DNA from: Vicugna vicugna | Taxonomy: Eukaryota | Assembly (NCBI GenBank): GCA_013265495.1 | Contig: MU057651.1 | Coordinates: forward strand, 1,251,674-1,315,673 | DNA length: 64,000 nt | Direction: 5' to 3' | In this document: positions 13,616 through 27,060 of the stretch, piece by piece | How positions within the stretch are numbered: the first letter of the stretch is position 1 | Layout of the letters: each line of letters opens with the position of its first letter | Notes under the pieces: model-generated | Seen by the model: the letters and a program-made list of their open reading frames with translations, nothing else | Databases searched by the model: none | What the model was told of the DNA's origin: nothing | Translations under genes and position numbers: made by a program

Positions 13616-15845
13616 AGGGATTTCTGGAATATTGGATTAAGGACCTCAGAAAATCTGCTCCTCTATAAAAGCAACATGAACACTGGCAAAACTTTTCAAA
13701 ACCAACTTTTTATAAATTCTGGAAATTAACCAAAGGTTTCCAACAACCTGAGGAGCATTTATTTATTCATTAAAAACAGCTGATTTTCAGTAAGAATAAT
13801 GACCTTTGTTGTGTTTTACCTTTCCCTTATCGTATCTCCCTTTTCAAGGAAACCAGCAACCACTAGAGGGGTCAAGCTCCTCAAATACCTCTATCCCCAT
13901 AGAATGGTCACTATTTGACCTATCTGGCAGTTCCCTGGAAGGGCCCCAGTTCACAAGGCTTGTCTTTATTTGACCCAACTCATTGTTGCTCAATGAAAAA
14001 GTCTTCTCCTTAGGGCATTTGTTGAAAACAATTGGGGCAATTGTTTAACATTGTATTTGCCTGAAGTAGTGATAGCAGGAGGAGCAAAGAGCAAGCTGGT
14101 CAAAAAACTCAAAAGAAGGATCTGGGGATGAGATAGGGAGCGTTAAAAAACTTCCTTAATATATATTTCTGAGTATCTAGTAGGCCATACACATATGCAA
14201 GGCTAGGTGCATACCTGAGGAGGCCCTATTGGCTCACCTCTGGCTGACCTTGAGAATCCACAGAAGCAGAAAATGAAGGCTAAGGCAGAATTTTAAACTG
14301 TTCGAGCATTGACAGCATGTCCCAACACACACTTAGGGTCCCTTGGCAAAGAGTAAAAGATCTATTGGTTCAAGACATTTTAGAAAAATCTCTGTCTAAT
14401 CGTTAGCTGACTCTTAAGGTAACTGAACAGAGACTTCAAGTGGCTACATATGACAGAGGATCCAGACTTCACAGAATTAGTCCAGGAACATCACCAAACA
14501 AACAAATAGCAACAACAGACCTTGGAGAGGGATCTGATTTCCAAATGTGCTATGTTGTATTATTTAAAATGTCCAATTTTCAACAAAGAATTAAAAGAAA
14601 CAGTAAAGTATGGCACATACATAGGGAAATAAGCACTTGCTAGAAACTGTCTCTGAGAATGTGCTTATAGACAAAACTTTAAATGAACTATTACAAATAC
14701 ATTCAAAGGATGTCATGTCTATACAATTAAAGGAAAGTTGTAAACGCCTTGCCAAATACTGAGTATCAATAAAGAGCTAGAAATGATTTTTAGAAGAACC
14801 AAATGGAAATTCTAGAGTTGAAAATTTTAATCACTGAAATAAAAAATTTACTGCAGTAGTTCAAGAGCAGATATGAGCCAGCAGAATTAAGAATCAGCAA
14901 TTTGAAGATAGATTAATTGAGATTATACTATCTGAGGAACAAAAAGAAAAAAGAGTGAAGAAAATGAGCAGATCGTAAAAGACCTGTGGGACATCATCAA
15001 ATATACCAACGTACACTTAATAGGAGTCCCAGAATGAGAAATGGAGGCATAGGAAGAGTATTTGAAGGAATAATGGCTGAAGACTTCCCAAATTTGATGA
15101 AAGTGTTACAACATTCAAGAAGCTTGACAAACTCAAAGATGAACTTAAAGTAGGATAAACTCAGAAAGATCCACACCTATAATATTTGTTGAAAGACAAA
15201 AACAAAGAGAATCTTAGAAGCAGCAATAGATAAGACACTCATCACAGACAAGGGAGCCCCAATAAGATGAATAGCTGATTTATCATCAGAAACCATGGTG
15301 GCCACAAGGGCAGTGGGATGAAATATTCAAAATGCTGAAAGAAATGGATTGTCAACCAAGAATCCTATATCTAGCAAAACTGATCCTCATAAATGAAGGA
15401 GAAATTAGGACCTTACCAGATAAACAAAAACAGAGAATTTATTGCTACAGATCTGCTCTACAAGAAATACTAACGGGAGTCCTTCAGGCTGAAATGAATG
15501 GACACTAGATAGTAACTTGTATGCACATGAAGAAATTAAGAGCACTGGTAAAGGTAACTACATTGATAAATGTGAAAGACAGTGTAAAGGTATCTTTGTA
15601 ACTCTTTTCTTTTCCTATTTGATTTAAAAGAGAACTACATAAAACAATAATTATAAAAGTGTTGATGGGCTTATCACATATAAAGAGGTATTTTGAATGA
15701 CAATAATAGCTTAAAGGAGGGGAGAGGGAACAGAGATTGTGTATACTATTAACATTGGTTGGTATTAACCTGAACTAGATTTTTTTTAAGTTAAGATGTT
15801 AATTATAATTCCCAGGGCAGCATTAAGAAACTGACTCAAACTAGA
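13616..15845 (+). mobile_element. Old L1 (L1MD/L1M4-like): 5'UTR plus decayed ORF1, 3'-truncated
   Basis: 5' motif gaaaatctgctcctctataaaagcaac...ctggaaattaaccaaagg. ORF1 motifs gaaattctagagttgaaa, ctgtgggacatcatcaa, ccaagaatcctatatctagcaaaactg. It ends before ORF2 and has many stop codons. Confidence 0.85.
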
Positions 15846-16607
15846 GAAAAGAATTGGCAGTTAGTTTTAGAAATCTCTGTGCTTTGGCATGCTGGTTAGA
15901 TTCTAGGAGTGAGATTATAGATTATTTTCAAAGTTAAGTTTTATTTGACAATTTCTTTTATATGCTATAAACAAGTACAAATATATTGCCTGCACAGAGT
16001 ATTTTGGGTTCTTTCTAGATAAACCTTAATAAAATATTAAACAGAAAACTTAATAATAATCAATTCTCAGAACATTCTTGTGAATGAGGAGTTTGTTCTT
16101 ATTGCAGTGTCTAAGATGAGAAAACTATACCAAAGAGAGTTGCAAGCCTTGTCTGTTTCTTCTCAGTATGATTTCTAACATTGTGAGAGTTGCAATATTC
16201 AACCATTGGTTTTATAACATATCCCTCCTCTCTCCTAAAAGTGCTTAATGGCATATATTTATTTTTTGATACTAAAATTAATATGTTTAAGAATTTTATG
16301 ACACCCCTCAAGGAACTGAAGACAATTAAAAATCTCTCTCTGAGCTTGCTTGCCTTTCTTCCAGAACTAATTCCAAGCGACCTTCAGTCTGACACGCAGT
16401 ATCCATCACAAAATGTGTTTATCTGTTGCCCAGAAAGTTGTTTTTAGCTCAGGTGAAGTCTCTTAATAGACTGCAGAAAAATGATTTCTTTTCTGAAATG
16501 AGTATGGTACAATGAATTTTTTAAATTGAGTTATTTTAATAGAAATTTCTGAATTTTAGAAGTGAATTCTCTGTCAATGTGCAAATTAAATGCCTCCTTG
16601 AAAAAGT

Positions 16608-16700
16608 TAATTCAAAGAAATATTTCTTAAGAATGTACTATGTCCAAGGCACTGTGGAGATTCAAAGACAGGTTAAATGTGGTTCCTGCCCTCAAGGCCC
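16608..16700 (-). mobile_element. L2 3'-end fragment
   Basis: aattcaaagaaatatttc...tactatgtccaaggcactgtg...ggttcctgccctcaagg. Confidence 0.6.
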
Positions 16701-18311
16701 TATTAAGGACAGGTATGAAGGGTTGTAGTATGATGGAAAAAAAATTGCCTTTTATTTTAATGCTTGCTTTAAAAGTAAAGGTAATAAGAATTATAATAAA
16801 GTTTTAGTATCACTTAACCTTTTGGAACTTACATAACCTAACTCACCTAAGTGAACTGTAGAATAGAGTAACAAAGTTCCAGATACTAAATTCTGTTATA
16901 ATATTGGTGATTTGTTCCTACGGGGAGAAAATCAGCTCTAATTTTGACTTGCTTTCAGTTCTGTTTATTTGAGGAAGAAGTAATGTGGCAGACAAAATGA
17001 TTAAAGGCTCTGAGCAGGTTTGAATGGATCTTGAACTGGCTGCAAGTAGCACGAAACAAGGACTGCACTGCTTCTGGGGGCTGGCTGTCAGGATCAGGGA
17101 TGTCCAGCAGAGAAAGCAGGATTCCTTGTAAGTAGGAAGCTATTGAATGGGTGCTCTCCTAAGGGACTGCCATCTTCTGTTCTCTCCCTCTAGGGATCTT
17201 AGTCTCCTTATTTAGCAATTGTTTACCAAGTTTCAAGAGAGAGTAGCTTAGCAATTTTGTAGTAATGTTTCACCTTAGAGGCAAGCTCTACATGGTTTCA
17301 GGAAGAGGGAAAGGATACAATTTCAGTATGTGGATGAAGGTGCTGGTTTCACCTCCATAAAGTCAGAGCAAGCAACATCCTCAAGGGGTGAGGCTTGTTT
17401 AGTTATGATAGCATAATTTCTTTCTCTGGTATACTTGTGAAAGTCTTTTTATTTGCAAACCCACTGCACTATTTGAAGCAAATTAGTTCAGTTGTACATT
17501 AAATGGTATTTTAAAAGTTATTTAATTTTTAAATTATGAAATGTTAATTAAATGAACTGTCTTCAAAGATGATTGACCTAGGTATTAGTTACTGTGTGTA
17601 CCATCTAATGAGATATATGAGGCTTCCCTGCCCTTAAGAAGTTTATACTCTAGTAAGAGAGCTAAGTTACGCACAAGATAACTGTCATACAAATAAGTAT
17701 TGCCTTATAGACGGACAGATAAAACCTATAGAAGTTAGGGGGTGATGAGCTGGGATGAGAGATTTTAGCTGAGATGACTGAAGAGTTGTCTGGTTCATAG
17801 ACATACAGATATTAAAATAAAAATGAAATTTATAAATCATCCATATTTCCATGAAAAATCTTGCCTTTGGTAAAATAAGCCTGCATCTTTTTGAGCACTG
17901 GTGCCTAGGGACAGGCACTTGTTGGCCTGGGAATGACTTATGCTAATGAGAAGTTAATTTTTCAGACATCATTCCTGGGGCAGAATGAGTGGTAAAGAAT
18001 CCTTCTAGGTCTAGGGTTTTAAGAGTTGGTCAAAAGGAAAGGCCAGGATAAAAGGTCAGATTAATTCAAGAAAGCTGTCCCAAAATATGCCAGACTTTGT
18101 GCCAGGTACAGCTAGTGCTGTGGTCCCTTGCCCTTAAGGAGCTAGCTCACAGTCTAGCAGGAGGACCCAGAATACTGGGTCGATGGAAGCACATATCCCT
18201 AAATCCCATCCCATAATCTCTGGGCCTTCTAAACTAGGTGAAGGGGAATGCAGCAGATGGAAGGGATACTTTAAAACCTTCTGGCAGGAAGACTGTACCC
18301 CTATAATGTAC

Positions 18312-18890
18312 TTTTGTTTTTGAAGAGTTAGTATGTGTACATGGTACGAAATTCAAACATCATAAGAGGACAGTGAGATGTAGGTCTCCCTTCCACCCCT
18401 GTCTCCCAGCTACCCAGTTGCCCTCCCCAGAGGCAACCTCCGCTGCCACCAGTTTCTTGTGTATTTTTACAGAGTTTGTCTATGCATATACTAGCATTAT
18501 GTGCATATTCATACCCTTTTGTTTTGCACAAAGAGTAGCATACTATACATACTTTTCTACACCTTTTTTTGCAGTTAATCTTGGAGATACTTCTATATCA
18601 GCACACCTAGAAATGCCTAGTTCTTCTATTTTTTATTTTGAAATAATTATAGACTCACAAGATGTTAGAAAAATAGTAGAGAGTGATTCCAGGTACCCAT
18701 CACCCTGCTTCCCCCATACATGATATCTTCCATAACTATAGTGTATTATCAGTACCAAGAAATCGATCGCCACAATAAAATTAACTAGACTCCAGTGCCT
18801 GTTTTTTTTTTAATGCCAGCAGGATATCCTGTTGTATGGATGTACCATAGTTTATTTAACTTGTCTTTTATCAATGAACATTTAGATTAT
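18312..18890 (-). mobile_element. L1ME-like 3'UTR fragment interrupted by a nested L1MC-like 3' end (about 18629-18794)
   Basis: ccagaggcaacc...ccagtttcttgtgtat on the left and ttgtatggatgtaccatagtttatttaac on the right, separated by ttttattttgaaataattatagactcacaa...taactatagt. Confidence 0.7.
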
Positions 18891-18939
18891 AGGATTGCTG
18901 GCAGAGGGAAAGACAGGAGACAGTAAACATCCATGTATT

Positions 18940-19040
18940 CAGGGCTGCTGCTAGCACATACGTGGCCTTTGTGTGAATTAGAAAAAAGTGCCCTCTCTGG
19001 GTGGATGCAGCACCATAGACGCATGGTTTGGAAAGCAGAA
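18940..19040. mobile_element. Possible hAT-Tip100 (MER91-like) fragment
   Basis: cagggctgc...tgtgtgaattagaaaaaagtgccc resembles the recalled MER91 end. Confidence 0.35.
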
Positions 19041-19254
19041 CACAACCTGGGTAACGGTATTTAGCCCCGTATATCTCTTGGCATGTAAGTGGGCATCCGT
19101 ATGTAGGGTAATGGAGTGTAACTTAAACTCTACAGCATGGCGTCAGTGTTAGTATTTGAAACTTTGAAGCTGTCTCAGACATGGTATGTCCTCCCACCCT
19201 TGACCCCCACCTGTAACTTTCATCACCCCTTAATTCTCAGTCATTGAATATTTT

Positions 19255-19405
19255 CTATTATTTGTGTACATTTCACATTGGACAGTAAGCTCCTTTGATA
19301 GCAGAGACCTCATGTCTTCATTGTATCTTCCTTCCCTTCCCTTCCTTACTCTGCTATTACCTACCTACATAGAATATTGTTTTATATAAAAATGTTGAGT
19401 AAATT
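19255..19405 (+). mobile_element. L2 3'-end fragment
   Basis: ggacagtaagctcctttgatagcagagacc...ttcattgtatc...acatag...aaaatgttgagtaaat. Confidence 0.55.
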
Positions 19406-21852
19406 TTTGTTTAAATTTTTTCTTAAGGCAAAGAAGTTGAGCCTTGAATTTTTTAATCTGCCTCTCTTCAAAAGGTGTCACAAACTTTTAAAAATACCCA
19501 CACATACCACATTTGTAGGAAAGAAAAAGAATGTGTCATAAACTCAGTCAACTAATAATGGAGTACTGCAGTTTCAAAAACATTAAGCATTATAGTATTG
19601 AAAGGAAGAAAACAGAGTAGCTGAACTCCTTGTGAAATTGTAAGCAGGTTATTGAGTTTTGGTTCCACCAAATACTGAAAAATGAGAATAAGAATAATCC
19701 TTCATAAGGGCATTTTAAGACCTCATAATGTCTACAAAAGAAATATATACTGTTACAGATAAAAGAAAGCATTTTAAAGCTCTATTCACAAAGAACCTAA
19801 AGTAGTTTATATGTATTATATGCTTATGTTCATAAGTACAATTCTGAGAAGTTACATAAATCTTGTGCCCTAAAAATACCCTTTTTCATCAGGTCTTAAC
19901 TTTATAGGCCATCGATTTATGATGAAAATTGTCCATTTTTACCACTGGCTTTTTTATTACTGTTAAGCACTAGAAATATTTTATGAAATTTTAATTACAT
20001 TAAATACTTCATTAAAACTTAAATCATTGGAACCAGTACTGCCATAAACACACAAGGAAGAACAGAAATGTATTGTTTTTTAATACATCTTCTATTGTGT
20101 AGACTTTATATTCACAGTGTAACTAAATGCTATTTAGCAGACTAACCATACAACCTAACTGGTATAAATCTAACAAGTTAAAATAGATAATAGCAGTTGC
20201 AAAACAGCTTGATTATGAAGATTAAACCCATGGCATAGGCAATGAATGGACTTGACATCCATACTAGATAGTTATGTTTGCTTGTGTATAATATTAAGGA
20301 GGTAAGGGTTGAGGAAGTTGCACTGAATAAAACTCGGGGAAAATGTTCACAGTGATTTACCAGCTTTGCCAGAAGCACATAAATATTTTTTCACTATAAG
20401 GCGTGACTGTTACTGGAAGAGAACTGAAGAAAACATTTGTTTTCCTTGATTATTTGCTGTAAATAATTTTTTTGTAACCAAATAGACAAACTACTGTGTG
20501 TTCATTTTGAGACAGAACATTGTTGTATCAAGGCTGTGCTATCCTGATGTTAACTATAATGGGTTTTTACCTGTATTCCAGGAAATAAAGCAAGCTGGAT
20601 TGATTCCAGTTGGTTTTATTTTTCAGCTTTTGTGCTAAAATCAGATTGTGTGCAACTCTGAATCATAGTTCTATAAATTCTTGGCTATACTAAGTAAATT
20701 ACAGTATATCTTCCAGTACAATTATAAGAATGCTGTAACATGCAGGATCCTTTTCTACAGTGTTTTTATGATTAAAGATTCATTTCCTCCTGAACTTGGC
20801 TGAATAGGTTTTCATTCATCTAGTATTGAAGATCACTGTCAGCTACTACTTGAATGCCCTCTGTGTATTTGACAGTTTACTGCAGACTAATAGGAGTTTA
20901 AAGAATGGTTTGGTTTGGCAGACTTTCTCACAGGGATGAATAGGATGGGCACATTTACCTTGTGAGTAATCTGTGTTTACGCATACACACATTTCATATT
21001 AATCTTGGTCTGTAAAATTCCAGTATATAATACATAGAATAATTTACCAGCTTGTTCTTCCACTGGGACATATGTAAGTAAACCATCTTTTTTACTTAAC
21101 TAAGTAGCTGGCTGTTTCTATGGCTATGAGGTATGTTTCAATGTTTAGTATAACTTGATGTAATTCAATTTGACATATATGTGTATACATATGTATATGT
21201 AATCACCTCTCATTATCCCTGCTTCTATAAGGAACCCTAATGCAAATGGTGCAAAGTAGTAATTTCCTTGCCTCCTTTTATTGACTTTCCCCTCATTCTG
21301 TGAACTGTCTATATATGCCTTCCCTACCTTGCTCCAGCACCTTCACTGGAGTGTCCATACCCCAGGCCAGTAACTGAAAGAGGGGAAATAGCCACACGTG
21401 GATAATGCGGAGTTGGGTATTCATAATTATACATGAGAAGGGGGAGGCATATTAATCATGCTGAAGTTAATGGACTTATTTGTTGGGGGAGGATTCATGG
21501 AAGATTGTGAATTATGTTTCAAATCATAAGAATGCAGAATTTGATTTGGGAGGAGGGCATTAGACATTCCAAACAGTGAGGATCACAAACAGAGTTGATG
21601 GAGTAGTTTTGTTTAGGGGACTATCAGGAAATAAGGATATTTGAGAAATCTTGAATCAGGAGAGGGAAGAGTAGAAAGGCTTGAAATTAAAGCATCTGTT
21701 CATTCATTTTGACTTGATTTTCTGACCTCTTGGGAAATATTGGTGTAGGAGTTATACGGTTGAATCAGAGTGAGAGATTGGTCACATTTAAAACAGAGTC
21801 ATTGCTGAAGACAACATTGAAGTAGCTTAGCCTGGAGAGGACACTGGTCTGG

Positions 21853-21911
21853 TGTGAAGATTAGCTGTGAAGTTAGCTGTGAAGATTAGGTTTAGCTGTG
21901 AAGTTAGGTTT
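21853..21911. repeat. Short minisatellite, unit TGTGAAG(A)TTAGC, about 4 copies
   Basis: Seen directly. Confidence 0.85.
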
Positions 21912-22041
21912 GAGAGGAAAGACTAGGTACAAATAATAGTACAGAAAAGAAATGGTATAGTTTGGCATTTTACTAAATAATATGGGTGGTGATCTCGAGG
22001 TTCATGTTGGGCTCCCACTATTCATCCAAAGAGAAGGGCTG

Positions 22042-22196
22042 GGAGAAGGGTATAGCTTAGTTGTAGAGCAAGGGCTTAGCATGCACGAGGTCCTGGGTTC
22101 AATCCCCCGCACCTCTATTTAAATAAATAGGTTAGGTAATTACCTCCCCTGCCCCCCCTCGAAATTTTAAATTAAAAAAAAATTTTTTTAAATAAA
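22042..22196 (+). mobile_element. Camelid tRNA-derived SINE (Vic-1-like), long-tail form
   Basis: A-box tatagcttagttgtagagc, B-box gggttcaatccc, tail taattacctcccc followed by an A-rich run. Perfect 14-bp TSD aaagagaagggctg (22028-22041 / 22197-22210). Confidence 0.92.
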
Positions 22197-24724
22197 AAAG
22201 AGAAGGGCTGTGGATTTTGAAGAGCTCTATCATACACCAATGAAGCCCTCAGAGTGAGGTCTATATTTCTGCCTCCAAGTAGAGTTCGAAGGTCTCTGGT
22301 TTTCTCTCACCTCCTGAGTGCAAAATCTGACTCCTGAAATTCTGGTGGAGCTTGTGGGAAGAAGTCAAGAGCAGTAATGTTTGCTGAGAACTTATGTGCC
22401 ACGCACTCTGTTGGGTGTTTTACACACTTGCTTTTTTCCCCTGTTTCTCCATAAAATCATGTCTTCTGTTGGGGTAAATATGCAGGTGGGTGAGACGGCA
22501 TCGTGCCAAAAGACAACTCGCCCCCCTGTCAAAGCCTTTGTCACCTAGAAAAGCCCAAAGGCGATGGTGCTCTTTCACTAGGAAGTTTCTAGCCTTCTGC
22601 CTTCCTCTTACTCTATCTTCAATTTATGCTTTCTAGTAACTCCAAGCCACAGACCTTGAACTAAAGTACTTTCCCCAGTCATGATTCTCTTCTTGCTTCC
22701 CTGAACTCTCATGCTAAGTGGACTCTTTTATACTCCTTCACTTCTCATTCATAGCTTTTTTCTTATCATTTGCTGCTTTATATTAAATTGTTTATATGGC
22801 TTCTCTTCTTCACTTAATAGATAAGTTCCTGATGAGAAAGGAGTCCTTTTCATTTCTGATCCCTGGTGCATAGCACATAGTAGTGAAGGGGCTTCATAAT
22901 GGCTTGTTGCTCTAAACTGGCCCTGTTATCTACAGTTTGGTTTCTCGGCTTCTTGTTTATCCTTGTGGGATGGTGACTCTCTAACCCATTCTCTCTGTTG
23001 AGAAAGAATGGGGCAAGGAACACCTCTTAGGTTTTTTGTAGTCTGTCTTAATCCAGACAACTGTATGCCCCGAATACCTCCAGAAAATAGACTGAGTACC
23101 CCCAGGGCACAGTATTCCTCACTCTCACCCGTACTGCTTGGTGCCAAGTACACTAGTAACTTGGAAGACTGAGGTGTAAGAAATGGTTGAGGTGAGGAAT
23201 TCTGAGGAATAGTTAAACACCCTAATTTCTTCCCCAGATTGATGATACCCAGGAAACCAGGGAGCCCTCAGTTACCTAAGGAGGTGTGAACAGATAAAGT
23301 CATGCTAATTACTGTCACTCTGACTGATGAACTACAACAATGAGGTGGCCTCTCTTTTCTAGAGCTGAAGGGGAAACCAGAATAATTTGAAAGTTGTTGC
23401 TCAGCTTGGTCTGGAGGCATAGCCATTTCCCTGAAGTGGAAGAGCCTCTGATTCAGCAGTGCCTGCTCAGTCTCAGTCACACTGGATGACTGCTCCACTT
23501 AGGATGTCTCTGCATTTTGATTTCTATTTGGGACAAGCATCCCGGGAAGGGAAATTAACCCAACAGTAAGAGGTGGTTTATTCTTCATCCCACTCTTTTG
23601 ATACTCTCCTCTTGAATTCTAGTAGATGGATTCCTTTTATCTCTCTCAAACCTGCTACCTTCACACGAAGGTAAAATTGTTCCAGCTTGCCTATCTGCGA
23701 CTGAGTTGATAGCAGCAGGTCTCATAATTGACAAAAATCCCTGGCCATTAATTCTCTAACCAGTTCAGTTTTTATAACCAGTGGTTATAAAATTCTGCGT
23801 AACTGTCTATTGGATTTCAAGAAACTATGAACTCATAAACATGAGTTAATATTGAAGGACCTTTTGTCCTTCCTTACCATCAAGGGCAATGAAATAGTCC
23901 AAAAGAACCCTGGAGCTGGTATTAAAATACAGTAGTAGCTAATCTAGGCTACTTGGGATAAGCCTGATGATCTTTTAAATAAGGTCTCCAGGTTTTGGCC
24001 AATGAATTTATAAAACCGGAAGGGTCTAGTGAAATGGGAAGAAAGATAAGATGACCCTAAGTAACTTTTCATAAATGCTCTCTGTTTTTAGGGGTCATGT
24101 GCCCATACAGCCTTCGTTATTCAGGGTGAGTCATAACCAGAGCCTGTATGAAGGTATTGTGAAACTCTGTGCAGTTCTTTAGCCATGCTGGTGTTGGGTT
24201 CTTTTAAAAATAGACCATTTCCAGACAGTAACCGTATATTCTGAAATTCCCAGGACAGCCCTGATTTCTGTTTGTCCCATAGTGTCCATAAGATATTTGT
24301 CAGACTCTGTACCAATTTTTAGTTTGGAAAATATTGACACCAGACATATGAGGACTTCCTTCTTGTTGACTGAGAAGAGTCCACCACAACATAGCCTTGC
24401 TCTTTCAATCCTGCCATTTTCACTGCCAGTGATTCTCACCTGCTACCAGAAATCACTAATTCTGTTTCCATCTTGTTTCTTGTCTCTTTACTTTAACCCT
24501 TCATGAGTTAACGTCTCTATTTACTTTGGCATCTCTTTGCTCAGGAGTCTAGCAAATGGTGTATCTTTACAGGCTCACAAAGCTACTTGTATCCTAGTAT
24601 TTAGGTGGCATCCTTTTGAAAAATAGCATACTTTCTTCCCAGGGCATTCTTGGAGGGTGAAAACTCTGCCTGTGAGATCCTCATCTTCACAGGCCTCCAA
24701 AACAGATTCAATACGAAGCTACCA

Positions 24725-24890
24725 CTATCATTTATTGAGTGTTTACTACGTTCTAGAACTTGGGTAAATTAAAAAAAAAAACTTCATTTAATCCTCACAA
24801 ACTGTTAGGTTGTTATTATTCCCTTCTCACAGATAAGTAAATATGCATAGAGAGGTTAAGTAAGTTGTTTAAGATTCCTGCTTAGTAGCC
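24725..24890 (-). mobile_element. MIR
   Basis: catttattgagtgtttactac...tcatttaatcctcacaa...acagataag...agagaggttaagtaa. Confidence 0.8.
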
Positions 24891-25059
24891 TCCTCTTGGA
24901 AATCCTTGCTATATTCCAGGTAAAATATGAGTTGTGTGCATAACAGACTCAGAATTGTGGATGACCTGACCAAGCATTCCAACCTCATATTAGAAAAGAA
25001 CCTTTACTTTTACACTACCTGCCACCAGGAAATGTATATTTCTGTACTCTTGTTATATA

Positions 25060-25247
25060 CAGGTGGTCCTCAAACTTGAGCTCACATGAAAATCCCCTGT
25101 AGAGCTTGTGAAAATGCAGATTGCTGGTCCCACTCCCTGAGTGTCTGATTCAGCAGGTCTGGGGTGGGGCCTGAGAATTTAATTTGTAATAAGTTCCCAG
25201 GTGACCCCAATGCTGCTGGTCCAGGAGCCACACTTTGAGAATCATTG
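25060..25247 (-). mobile_element. MER5A MITE, full length
   Basis: caggtggtcctcaaactt...aaatgcagattgctggtcccactcc...ctgattcagcaggtctggggtggggcctgagaattt...cacactttgagaatcattg. Confidence 0.88.
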
Positions 25248-25251
25248 TTAT

Positions 25252-25512
25252 AACAAATTATTATTCAGCACTGATTGTGTTCTGGGCACAATGCTAAGCA
25301 CTGGAGATATGAGAGTGGAAAGGGCAGACAGGGTCTTTGTTCCCCTATAGCTTATAGTCTAGTGGGGGAAATAGATGACTAATTTTATTTGGGCTAAGTA
25401 AACAGGATTGACATGTAGAATAACAGAGCTGCTATCCTCTAGATAGGCTGAGAGAAAGTCTCTTTGAGAAGGTGCTATTTAGTCTAAGACTTAAAAGGAT
25501 GTGAAGAGCTCA
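25252..25512 (-). mobile_element. L2 3'-end fragment
   Basis: tgtgttctgggcacaatgctaagcactggagata...agcttatagtctagtggggg...tctttgagaaggtgctattt. Confidence 0.75.
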
Positions 25513-26207
25513 TTAAGGCTTTCAGTGTTGTCTTTTCTCAGCTCCAACCTTTGTTGCCGCCACTGGTGATGACTGCCTTGGGAGAACTCCATGAATTTCA
25601 GAGTGACCTCTGGGCAGTTCATTCCTTGGCACTTTCTGTGGCCTTGGCCAAGCTTGATTGCATACTTCCTCTATGACTATTTCCTCTCCACCTCAACCTC
25701 CCCCCACCCAATGTAGATACAAGGGTCAGAGGAATTTGTAGAGTAGGCTAATTTTGTCTTCTGGCTCCATCTGGGTCACATTCCTTGGTATCTGATGGCT
25801 TGGGAAGAATATATACCAAGGATTGGGCCTGTGAACTTACCATTCATGGCCATTGCCTTCACCTTGTAGCTATTTATTATGACGTTTTAAGATTCTGTTT
25901 TATTTGCCACTTGGCAAATTTTGCCCGGAAAGGGGTATAATAGAGGAATCCACATGACTCCCTAGCTACCTTGATGTTGGGTTCCTTTAAAGAAGATTCC
26001 CAAATTCTTTTGGTCTAAGAGGATGCTTTCTGCTTTCCAAAAGTCTGTCAGAGCAACACAAAACCAAACCTTGCTTCTAGTTGTGTTGACCAAATCTGGA
26101 AAAAATTCTCGGCATTTGAAGATGACTTTGCTCCTGTCTGTCCTTATCTCTAGCCCTCTGATTTTTAGCTCTATTGTAGCTTAGATTTTTAGTTTGATAA
26201 CTTATTC

Positions 26208-26215
26208 TTTTTTTT

Positions 26216-26247
<32 letters not shown>

Positions 26248-26253
26248 TTTTTT
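26208..26253. repeat. Poly(T) tract, T20-C-T25
   Basis: Seen directly. Confidence 0.95.
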
Positions 26254-26841
26254 GCTCTGGATCTGCCCTGCCATGATTTAACTGGCTTTCGCTTGCTCCA
26301 GATCCTCCCATCTTTGGAACCATTTCCTTGATGTTCACATTTATTCTGTTTTGATTAAACATTTCTTTTCCTATTGAGGTAAGGGACTCTTACCAAATAG
26401 TTCTCTGGGTATCTTCAGGCAGAGAATTTCTTTTGGCCTAGATACGCTTTTTGGGGATGACAGACTTCCTTAGTCACCTCTCTATAAATCCCTGAACCTG
26501 AAGATGTTTGTCAGAATACTGGAATACTGGAAACTGACTCTTCTGGTTGCCAAGGATATCCTAAGTTTACTTAAGAAACCTTTTAAACAGTCATGCAGCA
26601 CATGCTTAGAGCTAAGATATCTCTCCTACTGACCTAACAGTCCTATTTAACTACTTTACCCAGATTGAGAATCACCTTTTCCCTGTAGATTTAGAATTTT
26701 CTTACTGTTAATCTGGTTCCAGGTGGTATAGAATGGACCAGCATTTTTGGTTAGCCCATATATCAACCACAGGAATAACTGAAATGACAAAAAAGGAAAT
26801 GGTGTGCAAGCTCACTCATATCTGGAGATGATAAGCTTTCT

Positions 26842-27060
26842 GTGTGGCCTTGGAGTCAGATAGCACTGGTTGATAATGTCAGGTCTGCCCATACTAGTGG
26901 CATCTTAGGCTTAAGTAAACCAACTTCTCAGCCTCAGTTTTCTCATCTGTAAATGGGGAGAATAATGCCTTTTTAAAAATAGAGTTGCTGTAGAGAGTGA
27001 AATGCATATGAAAACTCCTAATCGCATTTGACTCATAGTGTGCTTTCACTGAACGTTAAC
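26842..27060 (+). mobile_element. MIR
   Basis: ttggagtcagat...ctcagcctcagttttctcatctgtaaatgggg (MIR core). Confidence 0.8.

Noticed and set aside
18373..18723. 116-aa ORF
   Set aside because: It lies in antisense L1 3'UTR fragments and crosses a nested insertion junction.
21853..21911. Short repeat array superficially CRISPR-like
   Set aside because: The 12-13 bp tandem units have no unique spacers, and the context is eukaryotic.
25561..25640. ctggtgatga resembling a C/D snoRNA 5' end (a SNORD96 copy is recalled in human AMMECR1)
   Set aside because: The downstream sequence does not match the recalled SNORD96, and there is no properly placed CTGA D box with a terminal stem.
26077..26274. 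Poly-lysine ORF
   Set aside because: It is a translation of the poly(T) tract.
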